NCBI GenBank assembly: GCA_964247055.1
Contig: OZ176053.1
Coordinates: 7,750,001 to 7,814,000, forward strand
Direction: 5' to 3'
Source: Paragordius varius
Taxonomy: Eukaryota > Animalia > Nematomorpha
DNA length: 64,000 nt
Part shown: positions 41,301 to 53,300 of the stretch, piece by piece
Layout of the letters: each line of letters begins with the position of its first letter
How positions within the stretch are numbered: the stretch's first letter is position 1
The notes under the pieces: model-generated
What the model saw: only the letters and a program-made list of their open reading frames with translations
What the model was told of the DNA's origin: nothing
The model's database searches: none
Translations under genes and position numbers: made by a program

Positions 41301-44300
41301 AAAAAATTATTGATCTACATAATCAACCATAAAATTTAATATCCCTTCTTATGAGGAAAAAATCTATTTATAACCAAGCACACCCGCAATCCTATAATTT
41401 AATAATATGCTGATATCATTAACATAACACATTTCTTTTTTATTCGCTTTTACACAGAGAGCAATAAAATATTTCATTAATCAATTATATTTTTCAATCA
41501 GGTGACTTAATAAATTTTTTAACACAACAACCAATTCATGTTTGTAACATCATGCTAAAATTTCGTACTACTCTATCTTTATAACTACTCAATTAGAGGA
41601 GGAAAAATTATTAAAACCATTTGTTTACTAATTTGGTATGTTTACTTGATACTTGATACTTGATGGCTTTTTGACTTCAATTTTGAAGGTGTCCGTGAAC
41701 GGTCTTAATCCAAAGGTCCTTATCTAGACATTTGGTAATGTCGAGGTTTAGTGTTTTTATGTCATTTTTAATGTTGTCGCTCCAGGAATGTGTTGGGCGC
41801 CCTTTGCGGTTGTTTCCAAAGGGTTGTATGTGCTTAATGGTTTGGAGTGGGTGGTCGGTTTGTCTTCTTTCAATGTGACCCAAGTGTTTAAGCCTGCTTT
41901 TTTGTATAAACTTTTCTACTGTGTCATTTTTGTGTTTAGGATGAATATTGTAGTCAGAACAGCAAGCTTTAATTATTTTGTTTTCCGTATTTATTATTTT
42001 GTCAAGATTTGTTTTACAGTATGCATTTTAATGTCTGTTAAGTAATTTTATTGCCTGCCAAATAACATAAATGGTTTATCAAAAGCGTAAAATACTGACC
42101 CACGAAATTATTTCGTAGTACACATATGAAAGAAGATTGACGTGAGAATTAACATAGGCTTTAATTTGATGGATATTTTGTAATGTTAAATTTTGGGAAT
42201 ATTATAGCAATTTATGTTAACATTTGTAATATTGTTGTTACGTATTTAGATGCGGAATTTTGTGGGTTTTTATCTTTGATAAATTAATAAATATACGTAT
42301 TTTAAGATATTTTATGTTAATTATTCCTAAATTTAATAATAAATATTTTTCAACATGCTAAATACCTGTATTAATTAATCTTGGTATTATAATTTTATAT
42401 AGTTGTTATTACTAATTAAAAAACACAGGTAAATATATATTTGTGAAAATTTAAGTAGATTTTTGTCTTTTATGTTTTGCATTATTTTTATCAGGTAAAA
42501 ATTGCGGTTTTTAATAAATTTCCTAAAAATTTAGTTTTTTTTGTTTTTTAGGTTTTGCATTGTTAGTTGTAATTAATTACTACATATTTTGGACATTTTA
42601 ATAATTACAGGAATTGCGGTTTTTAACAAATTCAGTAAATATTTAGTTTTTTTTGTTTTTTTTAGGTTTTGCATTGTTAATTGTAACTAACTACTGCATA
42701 TTTTGGACATTATAATAATTACAAAATTTAGTAAAAAGTTAATTTTTTTGTTTTAGAGGATTTTCATTGTTAATTGTAATTAATTAATTTTGGACATTTC
42801 AATTAATAAAGGTAAAAAATGAGGTTGTTTTTATATTTAATAAAATTTAATATTTTCTTGTTTTTTTATTTAATATTGTTAATTGTATACTACATATTTG
42901 GAAATTTTGATAAATACAGGTGAAAATGGCGGTTTTTAACAAATTTCAAATGTAACATTTTTTGTATCTTGTATCATTGTTATTTAATTAATTACTAAAT
43001 ATTTTGGACATTTAAAAAACTTGTGTAAATTGCGGTTTTTATTAAATTAGTAAATTTTATTTTTTGTTCAACCTTGCTAATATATTTATCACTATATATT
43101 TGTGCATTGATATATACAGGTAAAAATTACTATGAGCGGTTTTTTGAATTTTTTAAAATATTTTTTTTACATTGATAACTTATATAATAAATATAGTTAA
43201 CATATCTGAGTAGGTAAAAATGCATGTTACGGTTTTATGTTTGACATTTTATTTTCCATCAACTATTTATATTTTAACAAACAACTTATGTCACCAAAGA
43301 TTGAAAATAAGATCAAGATATATAAAACATCTTTTAAAGTATCTGAATATCGCCAAATATAAATTTATTTAAATTATAAATGTATAATTATACAAAATAT
43401 TGTTTGAAATTAACATTCTTCTTATTGATATTAATACAGGTAATTTGTTTATATAATTGATGTACGATGCGGTGTGCGTTCATGATGATCATATGGATTG
43501 AAGAATAGTATAAGATGTAGATAATCCTGAATATTTTAATCACCATCATTTTTTAGGTAGATTCTATCACCTAAAATATAAGATAATTGATATATTAGAA
43601 AATTGATACCTGGAAATATTGGGGGAAACATTAATAGTTTGAAAGGGAACTCAAAAGGTTGACTTGGCTTTTTAACAACTAAATTTGCAAAAAAATATTT
43701 TCTTCATGATAAAAAATTCAAAAATGATACCTTATTTTACGTTTTCGTTTTACCATCCTTAACTATAAATATAAAAAATTATTCTTCACGATTGGTATTT
43801 ATTTATTTTAGTAAAAAAATAAAAAATATATGTAATGGATATAGAAAAACAATGCTGAAAAAAATATAAATATAGGATCACATTAGAATTAAATATAGAA
43901 ATAGGAATATTGACAATTATTGTGTTTCGGGTTCGCTGTTGGACCGGATGAAGTTGGAGGTAGGTGTCTCCGAGAGAGAGGGGATATAGTTTCTCCCACT
44001 AGTGAATTCAAAGAATATGTCAGAGGAGAATTTAATAGTGTCGATAACTATATCCTTTCTCATCTCGGACTTATTTTTCATGTTTATATTTTCAAATAGT
44101 CGTTCATTTTTGTAATGCCATGACCCAAGTGCGCCCACGACGATTGGGATGATGTACACCTCGTCAAATTGGCCGGAAAGTGAGACTGTGAGGTGACGAT
44201 ACTTCTCTATCTTAATATTGTGTGCTTCGTCTAGGGCGTTAGGCCCGTTCTCGTAGGTAACAGTTGGATCGATGATGATGCACTTGTTGCCAACTGCCAC

Positions 44301-47300
44301 TACGAGGTCGGGTCGAAGTCTTGACGAGTCCAGTGCTTGATTTTCGGCTATGAGTCGTGCATTGGATGGGAGGTTTTCTTTGATGTGACGTACTATATTA
44401 TCGTGCCGCAAGTTAATTAAGCGGCTGCTGTTGGCACAGAACCCAAGAATATGGCCTGTGGATTCGTTGGGCTCGTTGCATCTCCGGCAGTTTCGATCAT
44501 ATGAATTGGCGAACCTTTGGCTTTTTGTGGGTAGGAGGTTAAGCCTTGCTTTGTGTATGAACTTCCAGTCCCTGTATCTTAGGTTTCGGAAGTTGTATAG
44601 GAAGAAATGTGATGCTTTGTGTTGTGCGACACACTGCATTACCTTTCCTTGCGAGGCCGTGTGTTCAAGATCACGGTCGATATGATCTCTTTTCCACTTG
44701 CGCAGGAGCGATACTACATTGTGTCGATTCTTTATATCGATTGTAATGTTGTTAAACGCTACTGAGGGCGTTGGGTCGAGTGACCAACTGACCTTGAGGC
44801 TTCTGGAAGCCATTCGGGCTTTGGTCCATACATTGTCGAACCCATTGTTTCTGTTGATGGAGTCGGGTGGGTTGTCCCCTGATAGAAATGAAGCAAGCTC
44901 GCTATGTGACGGAGAGTTGAGTTTGAATCTCTTACCTGCGGTTTTACTTAGTTCATGAACAGCGGTGTTCCGGACCACTTCGTCGTTGCTGGTTAGTAAT
45001 TTGAAGGCCGAGTCAATCCGGAAGATGTTCATGTCATCTTTTGTTAATGGAAGCCCTAATGCTCCTTTGCTGCGAGAACCAAATAGGTAACTATTGGCCG
45101 CACTTTTTGGGATTGCGAGGATTTGTTTTACTGCTTTACATATTTTGTAATCGATTGTGTTGCTAATATTATAATTAAGCTGGTTATGCCTGAGCATGTG
45201 TGTAAGGGTAGGGTAGAAAAATGTTTTTATTGCGTCAAGTTTTTGAGCGGGATTCAGACTGGATTGTTGGATTTTATCGACTAATTCGCAGTTAGGGATT
45301 TGTTTGTAAAAGTGGAGGCCGACTGGGTTGCCAAGGAAATTGATTGTGTCGGCTTCATTTATTATGTTGATTGGCAAGCTGTCTATTATGAATGGGGTCT
45401 GATCGCTGTGGCTGATGAGCGAATTACACTTTTGTGGGTTAAGAAGAAGTCCAATCTTGCTCAGTGACTGTTGTACTGAATTTATGGCGCGTTGGTGATT
45501 GTGGTGTTCTATCGATATCAGGCATATGTCGTCAGCGTATGCTAACGCATCGTGGCCGTCTAATCTAAGGAACTTCAGGGTGTCATTGATGACGAGGTTG
45601 AACAGGGTGCCGGATAGTGGGCACCCTTGTTTGATGCCAGAGTTGAAATTTATTAGCTTGGTGTGACCATTGCCAGTCATGAAAGAGGTAGCAGCGTTTT
45701 TATAGATATCGCTGATAAGGTTGGTAAAACTACTACTAAGGCCAATTTTCTGGAGGCAGTCGGAAATACATTTGTGAGGAACAGAATCAAAGGCGGCCGA
45801 GATGTCCAGCCATGTTATAAATAGAGGTGTTTTATGTGTTTTACTATGCCTTATGCGGGAACTGATTGTGAAGTTATGTTCTAGGCATCCGTCGTATGGC
45901 ATAAAACCTTTCTGTGCTGGGTCAAATATGTTGTTAAGTTTTGCGTAATTATTGATTCTATCCGATAATAATGCCGTAAATATTTTATATATTGTGTTGC
46001 ACAAGGCTATTGGACGCCAGTTTTTGATAATAGAAAGGTCAGAATTTTTCTTTGGGATTAGAATAGATTTTGTGGTTTTCCAATGCGAGGGGATCTTGCC
46101 AAATTTGATGCACGTGTTGAAAATTTTCTCCAGGAGGAGGCAGTGTGGGTCTAATCTTTTCCACGTGTTGTAAGTGATACCATCATTACCAGGGGACGAG
46201 TTATTCATCTTGTATAATTTCTTTTTTATTTCACAATGAGAAAATGGCTCTAGCTCGAATAATTCTTCTCCCTCAAATGTGACTGGTTCTAAAACCAGTG
46301 GCGGAGTGTTACCAATTTTGTTTATGTAATAATTTTCAATCGTTTCACTGTCGATATTGCAGTATTTGGGGGGTCCTTCTACGATTAGTCGCCAAAGCAA
46401 ACAATGTTAGTGTTGCCTGCTTTTGGAGTGCTGTTGCATTCCAAGCTTTTGAAAAAAATTATTTGTTTCTATTTTCTATTTGACGTCATTGGTATGGTGA
46501 AATCATATAAGCCTTTTCATATTTATAGTTTAGGATGGTAGAACGAAAAAAAACATAAAGTATCATTTTTGAATTTTTTATCATGAAGAAAATATTTTTT
46601 TGCAAATTTAGTTGTTAAAAAGCCAAGTCAACCTTTTGAGTTTCCTTTCAAACTATGAATGTTTCCCCCAATATTTCCAGGTATCAATTTTCTAATATAT
46701 CAATTATCTTATATTTTAGGTGATAGAATCTACCTAAAAAATGATGGTGATTAAAATATTCAGGATTATCTACATCTTATACTATTCTTCAATCCATATG
46801 ATCATCATGAACGCACACCGCATCGTACATCAATTATATAAACAAATTACCTGTATTAATATCAATAAAAAGAATGTTAATTTCAAACATAATATGAATA
46901 TTTTGTATAATTATACATTTATAATTTAAATAAATTTATTTATATTTGGCGATATTCAGATACTTTAAAAGATGTTTTATATATCTTGATCTTATTTTCA
47001 ATCTTTGGTGACATAAGTTGTTTGTTAAAATATAAATAGTTGATGGAAAATAAAATCTCAAACATAAAACAGTAACATGCATTTTTACCTACTCAGATAT
47101 GTTAACTATATTTATTATATAAGTTATCAATGTAAAAAAAATATTTTAAAAAATTCAAAAAACCGCTCATAGTAATTTTTACCTGTATATATCAATGTAT
47201 CACAAATATATAGTGATAAATATATTAGCAAGGTTGAACAAAAAATAAAATTTACTAATTTAATAAAAACCGCAATTTACACAAGTTTTTTAAATGTCCA

Positions 47301-50300
47301 AAATATTTAGTAATTAATTAAATAACAATGATACAAGATACAAAAAATGTTACATTTGAAATTTGTTAAAAACCGCCATTTTCACCTGTATTTATCAAAA
47401 TTTCCAAATATGTAGTATACAATTAACAATATTAAATAAAAAAACAAGAAAATATTAAATTTTATTAAATATAAAAACAACCTCATTTTTTACCTTTATT
47501 AATTGAAATGTCCAAAATTAATTAATTACAATTAACAATGAAAATCCTCTAAAACAAAAAAATTAACTTTTTACTAAATTTTGTAATTATTATAATGTCC
47601 AAAATATGCAGTAGTTAGTTACAATTAACAATGCAAAACCTAAAAAAAACAAAAAAAAACTAAATATTTACTGAATTTGTTAAAAACCGCAATTTTTACC
47701 TGTAATTATTAAAATGTCCAAAATATGTAGTAGTTAATTACAATTAACAATGCAAAACCTAAAAAAACAAAAAAAACAAAATATTTACTAAATTTGTTAA
47801 AAACCGCAATTTTTACCTGTAATTATTAAAATGTCCAAAATATATAGTAGTTAATTACAATTAACAATGCAAAACCTAAAAAACTAAATTTTTAGTAAAT
47901 TTATTAAAAACCGCAATTTTTACCTCTATTTATTATAATGTCCAAAATATGTAGTAATTAATTACAACTAACAATGCAAAACCTAAAAAACAAAAAAAAC
48001 TAAATTTTTAGGAAATTTATTAAAAACCGCAATTTTTACCTGATAAAAATAATGCAAAACATAAAAGACAAAAATCTACTTAAATTTTCACAAATATATA
48101 TTTACCTGTGTTTTTTAATTAGTAATAACAACTATATAAAATTATAATACCAAGATTAATTAATACAGGTATTTAGCATGTTGAAAAATATTTATTATTA
48201 AATTTAGGAATAATTAACATAAAATATCTTAAAATACGTATATTTATTAATTTATCAAAGATAAAAACCCACAAAATTCCGCATCTAAATACGTAACAAC
48301 AATATTACAAATGTTAACATAAATTGCTATAATATTCCCAAAATTTAACATTACAAAATATCCATCAAATTAAAGCCTATGTTAATTCTCACGTCAATCT
48401 TCTTTCATATGTGTACTACGAAATAATTTCGTGGGTCAGTATTTTACGCTTTTGATAAACCATTTATGTTATTTGGCAGGCAATAAAATTACTTAACAGA
48501 CATTAAAATGCATACTGTATTTAGGGGCCATGTTTCGGTGGCGTAAGTAAGAGCTGGCCTGACACCTGCTTTGTATATTAGTCATTTATTATTGTTTGAT
48601 ACATTTTTATTTTTAAGGACAAATTTTAGGGAGTTGAATTTACCCCATGCTTGTTGGATTCGTTTCCGTATTGCTCCAGTTATATGGCCTGAAAATAAAA
48701 ATAAATTCTAGATTTATTACCATTGTTGAATTTAAATTTCAAAATTAAAATGTTTATCATTAAAAATTTTATATGATTGAAATATTTTAGGGTATTATAT
48801 CTGTCCTACTGTCACTGTTATTTGAATCAACCGAAAAGCAATTGTCGGCTACTTCAATGCGTTTTGTCTCACAATCTCTCATTATTATCACTCAGCATTC
48901 ACGAAATCCAAAAATTAATTTCATTTATGTCATCTCCTATTTAATTGGTATAACTTATATATATATATATATATATATAATAATTTATATTATTATGATT
49001 TCTTAAATATTGTTTGACATAGAAATTAGGATTGTTTTTTGGTTCATTATTTTCGATTATATTTTTTTACTTAAAATGGTAAAATTATGGTAGAATATAA
49101 ATAAAAGTCAATAAATATGAACATTTAAACAAAATTATATACTTATATATTTTATGTCTGATAATATAAGAAGCCTATATCTAAAAATAACAGTTTATAA
49201 ATTAAAAAAAAATGAAAAAGTTAGAATCGTTTAAAACCGAAAAGCGTGAACCGTTTTTATTCCGAAAAAGGTTCCGTTAGTTCCTGTAATTTCAATTTAA
49301 AAATAATTATTTTTATTAAAATAACCAATTTATTATATAGACGTATCTCTCTTTTAGATTTTTGGGTTTAAAATTTATTTCTTATTCTAAAATAACTGAT
49401 TTTAATTTAGACAAAGGAACAAAAAACATGTGCCCACCCATCATGACATGGATCCTATTATTTACTCTTAAACAATTTTGGTCAAATTTTTCAGTTATAT
49501 TTATTGAAACAACTCCTATTAATATCAATGAAACTTGTAATTATTCACCCTCAAAATTACACGTAAAGAATGATTTAGTTTCCAATAAATTTGATGAGAG
49601 AAACAATGGAACACACATTATTAACAGGGATGCGGAAAACATTTTGACGCTGTTGATTGTAATCTTTTTTATAATTTTTCTACATTGTTAAAAAACTAAA
49701 ACATAAAACATAGAATAAAAGCTTTTATATTTCTCTTTTAGTAAAAAACCAGATTGATCTTTGATTCTTTTATTGTATAAACCAGGGGTGTTAAGGACGC
49801 GTCCCTCCAAAGTATTTTTGCAGCCCGTGAGAAATTTCAAATGCAATATTTGAAAAAATCTAAGGAAAATTGATTTTCTTAAACAAATATTCCTAATAAA
49901 TCTTTCAGGATTTCGGCAATACTTTAGAAAAATTGTCAAAATAAATAGTAGTTTTTACATGTGGTAAAATGTAATAAAATATTTGTTAATTCCCATGTAT
50001 TTTTCGAATGCGTCCATCTGATTTTTCGACCCTAAAATGCGGCCCACAAAGCCATTTGGGTTGTGGCCACCCCTGGTAAAAACTATGTAATTTACGTATT
50101 TTTATCCATTTACATCTTATATCCTGCATTTTACCAAAAACGATACTTTGCATATAAGAAAAGAATTACAGATTAAAAAATATGGTTTTTTTCCATAAAT
50201 TATACCTTTTAATTTTTATGTTTGGCTTATTAATTTTGATTTTAATTTAGCTTTCTTGGCAATATGCCATACTTCAACAAAGCAGCTCTGATGTTAATGT

Positions 50301-53300
50301 AGTAAATGCTGGATTGGATCTTACAATTTGTTTGATGGAACAGTTTGTTTTAAATCCAACTCATGAGATTTATTTGGGAAGTAATGAGGAAAACAATATA
50401 AATTTAATTTACCAGCCCTCAAATTATATTTATAAACGTTTCTTGCAATATTTAACGCTACCATACATGCAAATTGACGCATCTATAAAATCAATTTCCA
50501 TAAATAATGTATTACCAGAGTATGTCAACCATATATTGAATACCGTCAAAGGTGTGGATAGAAAAAGTACAAAAATTGATTATAAATGAATTAGTATTGG
50601 ATTTTTTGATTTCAACTATATAATAATATTTCATTCTAACTGTTTTAATATTGTTTAATGGTGTAAAAAACTTGATATAAAAAAACGCCAAACTCAAACA
50701 ATTATTAAGTATTGGATGAAACTAATAATCTTACGATTATTCTTTTAATTCTACCCTGAATTACTCCATATTATATAAATTACATAATTAAATTAATAAA
50801 ATAGTTTGTGTAAGTAAATTTTTATGGATTGTGAGTTCTTTTTAATAATGATATATTGTGACTGGATTTATAATTTTTCCTTTTTCAAAAGGTAAAATTT
50901 CTTTTTTAACGAATTTTCAAATTTGATAAAACCGTATGTTTTTTAGCTTAACCAATCATAAAAAAAAGCCATGCTTATTATTACCGTTGTTTAAAATTAT
51001 TGTTAATTTTGTTGTATTTATTATTTTCGAGAATGCGTCATTGGGTTTAAACGGCTATTTTTTAAAAATATAATTTAAAATTTTAACATCAGATGGTTTA
51101 TCCACTGTCACTGGCCCTTTGGAAGCTGAGATCGAAAATACATCGAAATTGATTGATGCCCCTTCAGACATTGATAAAGAGGAGAATGAAAATCAATTGT
51201 CTGAAGACTATGTGGAGTTAAATCAGAAAGATAACGCAATGCTCCTTGATGATGGTAAAAATTTATTTATTTTATATTTTAAAAATATTTTTATTTTTTT
51301 GGAATTAAACATAAACAAAGTGAGATATTACTTCCTACGATTTTTTATATGATTTTATAATTCATTAATAATATCCGCATGTCTTTTTATAAAAAAAGTT
51401 TTCCCAATTTCCAATTTTATCTGCTTATTTTAATGGGGATTATTTTTGTTTTTATATTAAAGGTATAAGTATAGGGTCATCCCAAGTTACTCCCACAACT
51501 GAATTATCAAGGCGTAATGCGGGTCAATCATCAGATGAAAATATTGATAAGATTTCCCTTTCCTCAATTTTGTTGGATGAAACAGAAAATATCGAGGGCA
51601 CAAATATTAAAGAGGCCCTTTCAGAAAACGCGCTATTTTATGATGAGATAAATGCAAATAATGCCCTGTTTGAAGACGATATGTTAGATGGGACATCCAA
51701 AAATGGTTCATTTTATTTCAAAAACGTTTAAAATTGAATTTTAGCCTTAAAATATTCAAGTTTTTTTATTCAATTGTATTGATTATGAATATTTAGATTA
51801 TTCTATGGAAAATGGTGGTGATGAAGATGCTACAACGTTAGATACAAATTTGCAAGAAAAGATATTTTTGATACAAATCCCTTATCCTAAAATCCTGCTG
51901 GTAAATTTTGACAAACGATATAAAATTTATATATTTCACAAAATTATAGTGCTAATATAATATTTAGGACAAAAGGATGACCCTTTCATTATTATTTATA
52001 TTAACGGTTTTAAAAAACTTAAAAATAATCTTTAAATGCCTAAAGATGCTTTGAATTTATTTTTTTGATAAGTTAATTCATATTTTGCATCCAAAAGCAG
52101 TTTTAAATTATCACAATCTTTTTTCAGCCCACACAAGACATTATTGACCAAGATGTACACATTTCTATATTGAATGTGCTCTATCACAAAGTTTTATCAC
52201 AATTTATTTTGGAATACAAACATGATTCGAATGAAACTGAAACTCAACCTTCTGCATTTATTAAAACTTCAAACGCCTCTTTATCCAAAATCCTGGTCAC
52301 AATACACACCAACTCCGTTTTGTTTTTGGGAAAATGCATCCAAATATTTTCTTTAGTCCGTGATTTTCAATTTATTTTGCCGACTCAAGTCACTTTTACC
52401 GCAAAAAATGGTATTACAAATAAAATATATTTAAAAAATATAAATATCTATGTGAATAAAAATGAAATCTTAATATTTTTTCATGCATATAACGCTTTAT
52501 AATTCATTGGTTACATAATTATTTTAGGACTGGATGAAACTATTATCAGTAAAAAATGTCTTCTTGAAGATTTGCTAAAATTGTCCTCAAATTTTACCGA
52601 TGTTAGCCTTTTATTTCAAACATGCAATTTATTGGCACATACGGCGATATCTTTGGCTTTGATCCATGTTACTGGAAGTAATAATGAATATTTTACCGCG
52701 ACATAAAAATATAATCACCATATATTTCAATGAAAGAATTTTAAAAAAGGATCATCAGTATCATACGCCTATTTAAAACCAAAACGGTTTTGTGGCTTTT
52801 TTTATTTATTCTTACACAAAATTATTTAATTTTTTTATATTGTTTTCCCTCTAAAATAGCCTATCATTTTTTGTACTACATTTTCTATGGCTATTGATGA
52901 TATTGAAAAAATAAATAAATGACTAAACTGATTTTACCGAAAAATAAACCGGTATTGAAATTAAACTCTTTTTGGCAAAAAACTTTTTATCAAAACTGTG
53001 TTTTTGAAATTTGGCGCAGGACTGTAAATATTAAAAAATGTCAAGCTAAGCCAATCTTATTTTTTCTCGTTGATAAGCATAACTTTTATGTATATTGTGT
53101 CATTTACAAAAGAAAATCAATTAATAAATTTTAAGTTATTATTAACAAGTTTACTCACAAATTATATCATATTTTACTTTTTTAATTTCATTCCTATTTC
53201 ATCCAACAATTGTTGTTTTTAGGACCAAAGCATATTAAAATTGAATCCTCAGATTTACAACATCTTTCGGCACTAGAGAAGTTTTGTTATGATAGTTTAC

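Larger units (their letters stand above)
42017..48517. mobile_element. Foldback-type DNA element with ~1.77 kb and ~2.02 kb inverted arms, TA target duplication and CAGT termini (Tc1/mariner-like ends)
   Basis: TA|CAGTATGCATTTTAATG ... CATTAAAATGCATACTG|TA. Arms ~42017-43790 and ~46496-48517 are near-identical reverse complements containing ~110-120 bp tandem units. No transposase ORF is seen. Confidence 0.9.
41644..48691 (-). mobile_element. 5'-truncated RTE LINE relic, split by the foldback element (parts 48520-48691 and 41644-42014)
   Basis: Removing 42017-48517 plus one TA restores one reading frame: RIQQAWGKFNSL...LIYKAGVRPALTYATETWPLNKTNLDKIINTENKII...RLKHLGHIERR...GRPTHSWSDNIKND (one internal stop). 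3' tail (ATCAAGT)3 at 41644-41664. Confidence 0.9.

Noticed and set aside
44431-46483. Plus-strand ORFs (44431, 44698, 45952, 46298)
   Set aside because: Antisense shadows of the RT ORF.
42017-48517. Giant inverted repeat as an amplification or assembly foldback artefact
   Set aside because: The TA duplication, in-frame rejoining of the interrupted RTE, and arm-specific SNPs and repeat counts argue for a real insertion. Long-read confirmation is still advisable.
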